Positions 1 to 7,204 of a stretch of DNA of 20,581 nt are shown here, piece after piece; position 1 is the stretch's first letter, and each line of letters starts with the position of its first letter. Source of the DNA: Ignavibacteriales bacterium (GTDB taxonomy: Bacteria; Bacteroidota; Ignavibacteria; UBA10030; UBA6906). The position numbers and the translations under genes are program-made. The notes under the pieces were generated by a model that worked only from the letters and a program-made list of their open reading frames with translations, was not told the origin of the DNA and ran no database searches. The stretch covers positions 1 to 20,581 of the forward strand of contig JBBIRR010000058.1 of assembly GCA_037441705.1 (NCBI GenBank). The letters are read 5' to 3'.

Positions 1-239
1 GAGACCTCGTAGCGTCCGGGACGCTGAACAAATCCCATCACATTCACCACGATGGTCAGCTCATTGGGCTTGGCAAAGTAGTAGTTCGATGTCGTCGTGT
101 TGACCGACGTTGCCGAAAGAAAACTGCTCGGATCAATTTGCGCCCGGCCGACAGCGGGCAGTGCGGCAATGGCAAGAAGAATCCAGCCAAGAGTCGGAGC
201 AATCTTCTTGTGAGGATTGAGTGAACCGAAAGACATCAT
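1..239 (-). CDS. SLBB-domain (Wza-like, polysaccharide export-associated) secreted protein, 3'-partial (runs off window start)
   Basis: Not in the ORF track. Manual translation from ATG at 239 (ATGA overlap with the wzc stop) gives MMSFGSLNPHKKIAPTLGWILLAIAALPAVGRAQIDPSSFLSATSVNTTTSNYYFAKPNELTIVVNVMGFVQRPGRYEV... This is a signal peptide followed by the SLBB signature VxVxGxVxxPGxY. Confidence 0.75.
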   Translation of the reverse strand, partial: MMSFGSLNPHKKIAPTLGWILLAIAALPAVGRAQIDPSSFLSATSVNTTTSNYYFAKPNELTIVVNVMGFVQRPGRYEV

Positions 240-2578
240 GATGCATGCCTCTTCTTTTTTTCGGAAGAGCCGTTGCCGCTGGAAAGGTAATGCGAAAGCC
301 CATAGCCGTAATAGCTGTAGTTGTCGCTGGCGTAATAACCGCCGTAGGCTTTGCGCACATCGAACTTGTTCAGGACGCAGCCGAGGACTTTGCCGCCCAC
401 GGTTGCAATGAATTCGCTTGCGCGATGAATTGCCGTCACACGTGTCTCGCCTGCTGCAACGACGATCATGACGCCGTCTACTGCCGTCGAAAGCACCGCC
501 GCATCGGTCACGGCAAGCAGCGGCGGAGAATCAAACAACACGAGATCGTATTGCTCGCACATGTGCTTGATGAACTCCTGCATCCGTCGCGAACCCAACT
601 GCTCGGCGGGATTGGGAGGCGTCGTGCCGCAGCACAGCACATCGAGATTGTCGGTCACACCCCGATGCACGGCTTCCTCGAACGTTGCCGTGCCCACAAG
701 GATGTCCGTGATGCCGGGATTCTTCGCACGATGAAACATGTCGTGAAGAGTCGGTCGGCGCATGTCCGCGTCGACAAGCAGGACGCGCTTCTCGGCCTGA
801 GCGAAGGTGATTGCCAGGTTGCCTATTGTCGTAGACTTGCCTTCTGCCGGACTCGGGCTTGTCACCAGCATGCTTTTCAGGGGCGTATCGAGCTGCGCAT
901 ACATCACATTCGTCCGCAACCGTCGAAACGCTTCGGATAGAGGCGAGAGGGGGTTGAAAAACGTCACAAGATGTTTGTCAAACTCGAGGACTTCACGTTC
1001 GCTTCTGCCGTTGGAATTATCCGCAATGCGTTTCAGCTCATCGTCCATGCGATTGATGGCCGAAAGCGTGATGTAGCCGAACCGTTTCAAATCCTCGGGC
1101 GTGCGCACGCGGACGTCGAGATACGAACGCAACAGCACAATGCCGATCCCCAGCGCCAGTCCTACGATCGCTCCCAACATAATGTTCTTGCGGACATTCG
1201 GACTGACCGGTGAACCGGGGACGATGGCCGGGTCCACAATATCCACATAACCAAACTCGGACTTTTCGGTGATGGACGCTTCGTTGAACTTCTCCTCCAC
1301 CAACAGGTACAGTTTTTCGTTGCTGAGGCGGGCACGCTGAAGCTTCGCCAGCTCTATGCTGCGTTCGGGAATCTGGTTGAACTGGCGCTCATATTGCTGA
1401 ATGACGGTGCTGAGGGCGCGCTTGCGCGCTTCGAGTCCCTCCAACTCGATCTGCTGTTCAACCACCTTTTGTTTGATTTGCGAGATGAACGTGGCACTGC
1501 CAATGCCGATTTCGCCGGGGCCGATCGAAGAAAGAAACTCCTGCGTTTTCTTCTGGAGGTTCTTCTTCAATGCCGCAATCTGCGAATCAATCTCTCTGAG
1601 TTTTTCAGCGTAAATGGACTGGCCGACGAGATTCGGATTCTGAGCAATCACAATATCGCGCTGAACTTCCAGCGCTGCCAGCTTTTCCTGCAGCATCTTA
1701 ATGTACGCGTCGCTCGATTCGCCGAGCGTTTTGGCAACGCTGGGTTCCTGCTTGGCAATCTCCTCACGATAGGAGTCGAGGGTTTTCGCACGCGAGCGAA
1801 GCTCCACCTCAAGCGCGTCCCGGCTTGCTTCCAGCGCCGAGAGTTGTTGGACCACCTTGTTGGACTCGCCATCGAGTGATATGATCCCGGATCGCTTCAT
1901 GTACTCCTGCAGCGCCGCCTCGGTGCTGTCCAGTGCCGCCTTGCGGATGTCCAATTGGTCCTGGAGAAATTCCCGAACAGCACGGGACCGCGTCCGGCTT
2001 GCTTTAAGATTCCGCTCGGAATAAACCCTTGTGTATGTGTTAGCGATCAGTGCTGCCTCCTTCGGGTCGTTGCTCCGTGCCGTGATTTTGATGATGTCGG
2101 AGTCTCGGATCGGCACGAAGGTAACGGAGCCAAGCAAGCGTCCCGTAATTTGCGCACGACTTGTAATGCGGTTCTGCGGAACATCATCAACCATCACCTG
2201 GAGGATGGGCGTAATAGGAGCGAGCGATCCCGCAGCCTGCTGCTGTTTCAAGAGGTCATCGGCTACCGCCTCGGCCAAGGAGCGCGACTTCAGGATTTCC
2301 AATTCGTTCGTGATCTTGTTGAACATGGGATTGTACCCGAAATCAAACAAAGGAATCTGTCCGGGCTGCCCCTTCATGTCAATGAGCACGAGCGACGACG
2401 ATTCATAGATCGGCTTTGTCTTGAGGGTAAGAAACGTGGCTGTCGCCGTGACGAGCACAAAGCTTGCGAGGATGATCCACTTGCCGCGCAAGAGGATGGA
2501 GAGATACTCCTGAACACGCGATTCACGCGGAACCGCACCCTGAGCATCTCCGAAGCTGGCGTGTGAAAGGTTGTCCAA
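236..2578 (-). CDS. wzc: Polysaccharide co-polymerase / bacterial tyrosine autokinase (Wzc/GumC family)
   Basis: N-terminal TM and Wzz-like region, long coiled coil, second TM after PVSPNVRKN. Walker A SPSPAEGKST, Walker A' LLVDADMRRP, Walker B VLFDSPP and C-terminal Tyr cluster AYGGYYASDNYSYYGY. TTG start preceded by a GAGGT SD. Confidence 0.93.
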   Translation of the reverse strand: MDNLSHASFGDAQGAVPRESRVQEYLSILLRGKWIILASFVLVTATATFLTLKTKPIYESSSLVLIDMKGQPGQIPLFDFGYNPMFNKITNELEILKSRSLAEAVADDLLKQQQAAGSLAPITPILQVMVDDVPQNRITSRAQITGRLLGSVTFVPIRDSDIIKITARSNDPKEAALIANTYTRVYSERNLKASRTRSRAVREFLQDQLDIRKAALDSTEAALQEYMKRSGIISLDGESNKVVQQLSALEASRDALEVELRSRAKTLDSYREEIAKQEPSVAKTLGESSDAYIKMLQEKLAALEVQRDIVIAQNPNLVGQSIYAEKLREIDSQIAALKKNLQKKTQEFLSSIGPGEIGIGSATFISQIKQKVVEQQIELEGLEARKRALSTVIQQYERQFNQIPERSIELAKLQRARLSNEKLYLLVEEKFNEASITEKSEFGYVDIVDPAIVPGSPVSPNVRKNIMLGAIVGLALGIGIVLLRSYLDVRVRTPEDLKRFGYITLSAINRMDDELKRIADNSNGRSEREVLEFDKHLVTFFNPLSPLSEAFRRLRTNVMYAQLDTPLKSMLVTSPSPAEGKSTTIGNLAITFAQAEKRVLLVDADMRRPTLHDMFHRAKNPGITDILVGTATFEEAVHRGVTDNLDVLCCGTTPPNPAEQLGSRRMQEFIKHMCEQYDLVLFDSPPLLAVTDAAVLSTAVDGVMIVVAAGETRVTAIHRASEFIATVGGKVLGCVLNKFDVRKAYGGYYASDNYSYYGYGLSHYLSSGNGSSEKKKRHAS

Positions 2579-2645
2579 AGGGCACCTCGTGAGGATAACT
2601 ATGGCTGCGCTTGATTTTCTCGACCGGATACCTTACTTAGGATGC

Positions 2646-3347
2646 ATGCGTGTCGCCATTCTTTCGGATATCCATGCCAACCTTCAGGCTCTGACCAAAG
2701 CACTGGCAATCATCGACCGGTCACACATTGATGAGATCTACTGCCTTGGTGACATCGTCGGCTACGGAGCAAATCCGAACGAGTGCATTGACCTGATCCG
2801 CACACGAGCGAAGTTCTGCGTGCTCGGCAACCATGACCTTGCTGCTCTTGATCCGTCCCACGCACGCTACTTCACCAAGCCGGGGCAAATCTCAGCTCGC
2901 TGGACGCACCGTGTTCTCACCGATGCAAACCTGTCGTACCTTCATGCCCTCCCCTACCGTGTGGACCTCGAACATTGCACGCTCGTGCATGCAAGTCCGT
3001 CTCAACCCGAAGCGTGGGAATATGTTCTCTCGCTTGGCATCGCAGCACGGCAGTTCTCGGCATTCGCAACGCCTCTCTGCTGTATCGGACACACACATGT
3101 CCCTTCCATTTGCGGCGAGGATCTGCGAACGTTCACGTTCAAGCAAGGTGTGCGGTACCTGCTCAACGCAGGGAGTGTTGGTCAGCCTCGCGATGGAAAT
3201 CCGCAGCTCTGCTTCGGCGTGCTTGATCTCACCGCCTGGTCATACAAGACCACTCGAGCCGATTATGATGTTCGTGCTGCATCCAAGGCAATTACCGACG
3301 CCGGCTTGCCGTCCGTGCTGGCGACACGATTATTCTTTGGGCAGTAG
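2646..3347 (+). CDS. Calcineurin-like metallophosphoesterase (YfcE/MJ0936-like)
   Basis: Motifs SDIHAN, GDIVGYG, GNHD, HASP, GHTH and NAGSVGQPRDG. Start moved to ATG 2646 (MRVAILSD), since the track start at 2571 overlaps the wzc start. Confidence 0.9.
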   Translation: MRVAILSDIHANLQALTKALAIIDRSHIDEIYCLGDIVGYGANPNECIDLIRTRAKFCVLGNHDLAALDPSHARYFTKPGQISARWTHRVLTDANLSYLHALPYRVDLEHCTLVHASPSQPEAWEYVLSLGIAARQFSAFATPLCCIGHTHVPSICGEDLRTFTFKQGVRYLLNAGSVGQPRDGNPQLCFGVLDLTAWSYKTTRADYDVRAASKAITDAGLPSVLATRLFFGQ

Positions 3348-3717
3348 TTCGACAGTCGAATACCGCGACAGCAAATTGTTCGTGAACAGCGGGGAAGAGA
3401 CAGAACGCGATGGGTTTATGAAGGGGTGTTTGAGAATTCACGCCGTTCCATCAGAGCTGTGCCATGAATACATCCTGAACACCTGCGTACCCATGGCTTG
3501 GCAATTCTCCCCTTCACCGTCACTGGTCCCTTTCCCCCCGTCAGTGAAGATGTCTACTGCTTTCCTCTTTCCAGCCCCAATGAGCAAACACGCTCTAGGA
3601 AATCCGAATCGGCCTGCTGCGAGCGCTAAATGCGTGCGTCATCTTACCTGAATATTGCGAGAAAGTCAAGGAAGCTGGCTACTTATAGACACCTGTCCCG
3701 TTTCCCACAGGAAACGT

Positions 3718-3746
3718 TTGATTCTCTCGATGTAGTATCTTAGATT
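3718..3746 (+). promoter_or_regulatory. Putative sigma-70-type promoter for the Zn-ribbon gene
   Basis: TTGATT (3718-3723), 17 nt spacer, TAGATT (3741-3746), ending 68 nt upstream of ATG 3815. Confidence 0.45.
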
Positions 3747-3814
3747 TGCTACCCGACTATCTACATAGTTCCCGCAAATTTTCATGTGATTGGCAACAAC
3801 AAGTAACCAAGCCA

Positions 3815-4069
3815 ATGGAATGCCCCTCATGCAAAAGCTCACGAGTGTACAGATCCCGTAGCAGAAATAGAATGGAAAAAGTGATGCATGCTCTGCTGCC
3901 GGTTCATCATTACCGTTGCCATGACTGCAACTGGCGGGGCATCCGCTTCCAACGACGGACACTCCGAGTTGCTCTGTTCGTCGTGGCTGGTCTCGGGGTG
4001 GGATTGTTGCTATACGAAGTTGCTGCACCGGTCATCAGAGTGATAGTGTATTTGCTCCTCTCGCAATAA
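3815..4069 (+). CDS. Small Zn-ribbon protein with C-terminal membrane anchor (84 aa, unknown function)
   Basis: From ATG 3815: MECPSCKSSRVYRSRSRNRMEKVMHALLPVHHYRCHDCNWRG... Two CxxC pairs, a basic linker and a hydrophobic C-terminus (VALFVVAGLGVGLLLYEV...). Confidence 0.75.
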   Translation: MECPSCKSSRVYRSRSRNRMEKVMHALLPVHHYRCHDCNWRGIRFQRRTLRVALFVVAGLGVGLLLYEVAAPVIRVIVYLLLSQ

Positions 4070-4148
4070 CGACCGAAGCGATTCCTCTCAAACTCTTAAA
4101 CGTTTTGTGTGAAGTCTCTTGTGAGCATTATGCGCAACGCTCAAGTGA

Positions 4149-4177
4149 TTGACTATGATGCGTGGATTTGATATATT
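4149..4177 (+). promoter_or_regulatory. Sigma-70-type promoter of tRNA-Asn
   Basis: TTGACT (4149-4154), 17 nt spacer, TATATT (4172-4177), with an extended -10 TGn, about 30 nt upstream of the tRNA. Confidence 0.7.
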
Positions 4178-4209
4178 GGAATCCCAATAATTCAATCTTT
4201 TGCAGAGAT

Positions 4210-4281
4210 TCCGCGATAGCTCAATGGTAGAGCATGCGGCTGTTAACCGCAGGGTTGCAGGTTCGAGTCCTGCTCGCGGAG
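4210..4281 (+). tRNA. tRNA-Asn (GTT)
   Basis: Acceptor TCCGCGA/TCGCGGA, D arm GCTC-AATGGTA-GAGC, anticodon arm TGCGG-CTGTTAA-CCGCA, T arm GCAGG-TTCGAGT-CCTGC, discriminator G. CCA is not encoded. Confidence 0.97.
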
Positions 4282-4321
4282 CACCGAAGGCCTGCAGTGC
4301 CAGGCCTGAATCACTTCAAGC

Positions 4322-4360
4322 AAAGCGGAACGCTCAATCCCGATGAGCATTCCGCTTTTT
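4322..4360 (+). terminator. Intrinsic terminator downstream of tRNA-Asn (possibly bidirectional)
   Basis: AAAGCGGAAcGCTCA-ATCCCGA-TGAGCaTTCCGCTTTTT: a 15-bp stem with one mismatch (G:U on the minus strand), running into a T-tract. Confidence 0.75.
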
Positions 4361-4402
4361 GTTGTAACCGCATTCCCTCCAAACACTCAGCCCCCGAATC
4401 AC

Positions 4403-4436
4403 AAAAGAAAACCCCCGACGCGCTGCATCGGGAGTT
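4403..4436 (-). terminator. Intrinsic terminator downstream of tRNA-Val
   Basis: Minus strand AACTCCCGATGC-AGC-GCGTCGGGGGTT (stem with G:U pairs), followed by TTCTTTT. Confidence 0.75.
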
Positions 4437-4443
4437 CATCAAG

Positions 4444-4518
4444 TGGACGCTGTAGGAGTCGAACCTACGACCTTCGCCTTGTAAGGGCGACGCTCTGAAC
4501 CAACTGAGCTAAGCGTCC
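4444..4518 (-). tRNA. tRNA-Val (TAC)
   Basis: Minus strand GGACGCT-TA-GCTCAGTTGGTTCAGAGC-G-TCGCC-CTTACAA-GGCGA-AGGTC-GTAGG-TTCGACT-CCTAC-AGCGTCC-A. Anticodon TAC; CCA is not encoded. Confidence 0.97.
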
Positions 4519-4538
4519 GTTCGCGAATCTTGCGACCA

Positions 4539-4567
4539 AAAATACGAAACAAAGGGTGCGCGTGCAA
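4539..4567 (-). promoter_or_regulatory. Sigma-70-type promoter of tRNA-Val
   Basis: Minus strand TTGCAC (4567-4562), 17 nt spacer, TATTTT (4544-4539), 20 nt upstream of the tRNA. Confidence 0.6.
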
Positions 4568-4580
4568 GCGGTGTATTCAT

Positions 4581-5549
4581 TCAGCGCTTCGTGCTCACGT
4601 CCACCACAACCTTCCACTCCCCTGATTCATCCTTTCTCCACACTCGCAAGAAGAACCCCGCCGTTTCCTTCTGGGCAACTACGGCATAGCTGCCATACGT
4701 GTACGCAAAGTCGCACGCACGAGAAAGTGCCGCAAACATCACGCGGAAAGAGATCCGGGAGTCGAAGCTATGCTTTTCTTCAAGCGCATGATGACGACCC
4801 ACCAACGGCATCTGCCCATCCCGGTATACACTTCCGTCATCAGCGAGAAAACGAGCAAGCGCTGCAGCAAGTCCTTCCGCAGAAGCCAATTCTGAGAGTC
4901 GGCGTTCTGCAGAGAACAGACTTTTCCTTTCTTGAAGTCTGCTTCTCTTTTGCAATGAAAGGACGGAAGGTGACAGAACTCTTAGGGAGTCCGGAACAGA
5001 GGAGTAATCGTGCGTGATGCCGATGTCGGCAGCAACCCTCCATTCCCCATCCTTTCGTTTCTTCCAGACTGAAACATAGTGTCCGTAACGCGGCGGCTGA
5101 TCGAGATGGGCTTCAGGCGTGTACACCCAATGGCCGCTCGTGAATCCGAGGTCGCCGCTTGCAGCGACGCAGGCAACTGTAGGATGCCACGAAAGACGCG
5201 CTGTCGTCTCTTCCTGCTTCTGCCACACCTGCTTTCCGTTGACAGGACCCGGTCGGAAGATCACACCATCATCAGCAAGGAACGTCAGGAATGCCTTCTT
5301 CATGCCGTTCTGCTCGGACATGGCGGCAAATGTCCGTTCCACGTTGACCAAACTGGTCACAGCCGCAGAAACACCTTGACCTAAACAGACATTGAAAGCC
5401 AAAGAAATCAGAAGCATTGGTTGTGCGATGGCAAACCGCAGGATGTCGCTTAGGCTTTCAGCAAACGTTATGACCTCCCCTTCTTGCGCGCGCTGCTGCG
5501 AGGCCGAACTCAAGTGCATGTTGTGAAACTTACTCCGCGGCTTCTTCAT
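4581..5549 (-). CDS. Secreted protein with two tandem NTF2/SnoaL-like (DUF4440-like) domains
   Basis: Two internal repeats: ERTFAAMSEQNGMKKAFLTFLADDG...LSWHP...SGDLGFTSGHW...YVSVWKKRKDGEWRVAADIG and ERRLSELASAEGLAAALARFLADDG...DFAYTYGSY...FLRVWRKDESGEWKVVVDV. The start is either ATG 5549 (ATGA overlap with the upstream stop) or ATG 5417 (MLLISLAFNVCLGQ). The track start at 5933 overlaps the upstream gene. Confidence 0.75.
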   Translation of the reverse strand: MKKPRSKFHNMHLSSASQQRAQEGEVITFAESLSDILRFAIAQPMLLISLAFNVCLGQGVSAAVTSLVNVERTFAAMSEQNGMKKAFLTFLADDGVIFRPGPVNGKQVWQKQEETTARLSWHPTVACVAASGDLGFTSGHWVYTPEAHLDQPPRYGHYVSVWKKRKDGEWRVAADIGITHDYSSVPDSLRVLSPSVLSLQKRSRLQERKSLFSAERRLSELASAEGLAAALARFLADDGSVYRDGQMPLVGRHHALEEKHSFDSRISFRVMFAALSRACDFAYTYGSYAVVAQKETAGFFLRVWRKDESGEWKVVVDVSTKR

Positions 5550-6202
5550 TGATGGAATCCCGTCTTCGGTCTGCAGGCAAGGATGTAGCTCGCCGCATAG
5601 AAAACCAACCCACCAACAAGCAACTCGTATCGGTACGGCAGAGGGAGATGCCCGCGGAGCGTTGCATCCGTGTCGTATGTGAACGAGTAGAGAATCACGG
5701 CCGTTGCTGCGACTGCCAGGAGCCACGAAACAAGCCCCGGTCGGAAGGGCTTTTCGAGCGCGGTTCTTACAACGATATCTATGCCACACACCGTCATCAG
5801 CGCAGCAATCGAGCCTGCGGAAATGACAGGACCGATCCAGGGAACGGGAATCAGGAAGAGGACATCCCACTCCAGGAGCGAAGAGGGCCAATCGAGTGTC
5901 GCTTTCAGCCAGACGTAATAGAAGACGTCCCACACCCCGAACGCGATGAGAAAATAGCCGAACCTCTGCCAGCCCTTTCGTCCGGCGATGATGCCGACGG
6001 CCACAAGCATGACGATGGTTGCCGCCTCACGAATCAACTCCACAACCAAATGATCGGTTCGAATCATCTTCAGCGGAAACTCGAACATGTCGGGATAGTA
6101 GATGGCACGAAGATATACCACAACACTGGCTTCGACAAAACCGAAGGCAACGCCAAACAGCGACACCCAGATGAGTTTGCGAATAGGGATTGAAGGGTTC
6201 AT
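5546..6202 (-). CDS. Conserved hypothetical integral membrane protein (about 6 TM)
   Basis: 218 aa with several hydrophobic segments carrying charged, conserved-looking motifs (VEASVVVYLR, ELIREAATIVML, WDVFYYVWL, WDVLFLIPVPWIGPV). Co-oriented with its neighbours. Confidence 0.75.
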   Translation of the reverse strand: MNPSIPIRKLIWVSLFGVAFGFVEASVVVYLRAIYYPDMFEFPLKMIRTDHLVVELIREAATIVMLVAVGIIAGRKGWQRFGYFLIAFGVWDVFYYVWLKATLDWPSSLLEWDVLFLIPVPWIGPVISAGSIAALMTVCGIDIVVRTALEKPFRPGLVSWLLAVAATAVILYSFTYDTDATLRGHLPLPYRYELLVGGLVFYAASYILACRPKTGFHQ

Positions 6203-6253
6203 GCACTGGACAGACGTCAGCAGAGTTTGAGATTCTGGTTTTTGGATTCCAGA

Positions 6254-6616
6254 TCAGGATGCAGGTCCCGACGGGTTAAGCTGGTTGTACTCATCGAGGA
6301 ACGCGACGGCGCGGCGCAGATGAGGAATGACGATCGAACCGCCGACGACGAGGGCCACGCTGAAGATGTCGTACATTTCCGCATCGGTCACGCCCTCCTT
6401 CTTGCACTGCTGGATGTGGTAGGAGATGCAATCATCGCAGCGCAGGACCATGGATGCAACGAGGCCGAGCATCTCCTTCGTCTTCGCATCGAGCGCGCCC
6501 GGCTCATACGTGAGCGTGTCGACACCGAAGAAGCGCTTGATCGCGCGATGGTCGATACCGAGGATGCGCTCATTCATCTTCGAACGAAACTCATTGAACT
6601 CCTTTACTCTCGACAT
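6254..6616 (-). CDS. Carboxymuconolactone decarboxylase / AhpD-like protein
   Basis: GALDAKTKEMLGLVASMVLRCDDCISYH: CMD-fold signature with the AhpD-like CxxCxxxH motif. Confidence 0.88.
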   Translation of the reverse strand: MSRVKEFNEFRSKMNERILGIDHRAIKRFFGVDTLTYEPGALDAKTKEMLGLVASMVLRCDDCISYHIQQCKKEGVTDAEMYDIFSVALVVGGSIVIPHLRRAVAFLDEYNQLNPSGPAS

Positions 6617-6672
6617 AAACCTTAGCCTTGGTTATGGTGAAGGGATTGTTGGATTGGTGTGGACCTCTCGCT

Positions 6673-7077
6673 CTACTCCAGTTGAGGTAAGCTGTACTTC
6701 GCCTGAATCTCACGCAGCCGTCCCAATGCTGCGTACGCTTCCTGCCATCCTCCATCATCAACCTCTTTCATCACGTTTCTGATTTCGCTGATTGCCGAGG
6801 GAACCTCTGGATTCGTTTCGAGACCGGTCGGAAACGGGACACGAATGTACTGCTCAAGCGCGGTGATGTTCTGCCATACAACAACCAGCCCGGCGAGAAT
6901 CGTCATGATGGTGAGCGATACGTCAACGACGCCGTCTCTGCGCCCCAAATTCCACGCGAGCGGTATGCTCACGCATCCCAGAAGAACAATCGTCCAGCCT
7001 AAGAGTGAAGTGGAACGATAGCGCTTGAGAGCGTTGTAGAAACCGACATAGAAGTACTGCAGTTCGGCGTCCGTCAT
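6673..7077 (-). CDS. Hypothetical membrane protein with two TM helices
   Basis: 134 aa with TM segments LLGWTIVLLGCVSIPLAW and VSLTIMTILAGLVVVW. Fills the gap between the arsS terminator and the CMD gene. Confidence 0.65.
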   Translation of the reverse strand: MTDAELQYFYVGFYNALKRYRSTSLLGWTIVLLGCVSIPLAWNLGRRDGVVDVSLTIMTILAGLVVVWQNITALEQYIRVPFPTGLETNPEVPSAISEIRNVMKEVDDGGWQEAYAALGRLREIQAKYSLPQLE

Positions 7078-7103
7078 GGTCTTGCTTCAGAAAATCATTC
7101 GAG

Positions 7104-7133
7104 CAAAGATACACACTTCTCTCAAAATGAAAA
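7104..7133 (-). promoter_or_regulatory. Possible promoter for the 7077-4581 unit
   Basis: Minus strand TATCTTTG (7111-7104) matches both a TAnnTT -10 and the Bacteroidota TAnnTTTG element. The -35 (TTTTCA, 16 nt spacer) is weak and overlaps the terminator U-tract. Confidence 0.35.
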
Positions 7134-7164
7134 AGAACCTGCCCGAGATGTTCGAACAGGTTCT
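7123..7164 (-). terminator. Intrinsic terminator after the arsS-like gene
   Basis: Minus strand AGAACCTGTTCGA-ACATC-TCGGGCAGGTTCT (13-bp stem with G:U pairs), followed by TTTTCATTTT. Confidence 0.8.
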
Positions 7165-7204
7165 CTCCGAATCAGCATCCGAACGGCATTCATGTTGCCA
7201 ACCT

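Noticed and set aside
245-2566. Plus-strand ORFs (231, 161, 203 aa and others) opposite wzc
   Set aside because: Antisense shadows of a well-supported gene, with no recognisable motifs. These are expected in GC-rich coding DNA.
3432-3500. Sigma-54-like TGGCAC on the minus strand (~3468-3473) and an 18-aa mini-ORF MGTQVFRMYSWHSSDGTA
   Set aside because: GG-N10 is followed by AT instead of GC, so it is not a -24/-12 site. The mini-ORF has no independent support.
2833-3651. 272-aa alternative-frame ORF overlapping the metallophosphoesterase and extending into the intergenic region
   Set aside because: It overlaps a clear gene over more than 500 nt, is Ser/Arg/Pro-rich and has no motif or SD.
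4234-4455. 73-aa ORF spanning the tRNAs
   Set aside because: It overlaps tRNA-Asn, two terminators and tRNA-Val, so it is spurious.
4210-4518. Possible prophage or genomic island att site at the tRNAs
   Set aside because: No integrase, phage gene or duplicated tRNA 3' segment is visible in the window.
5550-5933. N-terminal extension of the 450-aa ORF (4581..5933)
   Set aside because: It overlaps the 218-aa membrane gene in another frame. The real start is more plausibly 5549 or 5417.
7123-7204. Hairpin after arsS considered as a SECIS element
   Set aside because: arsS has no in-frame TGA, and the hairpin has a U-tract typical of an intrinsic terminator.
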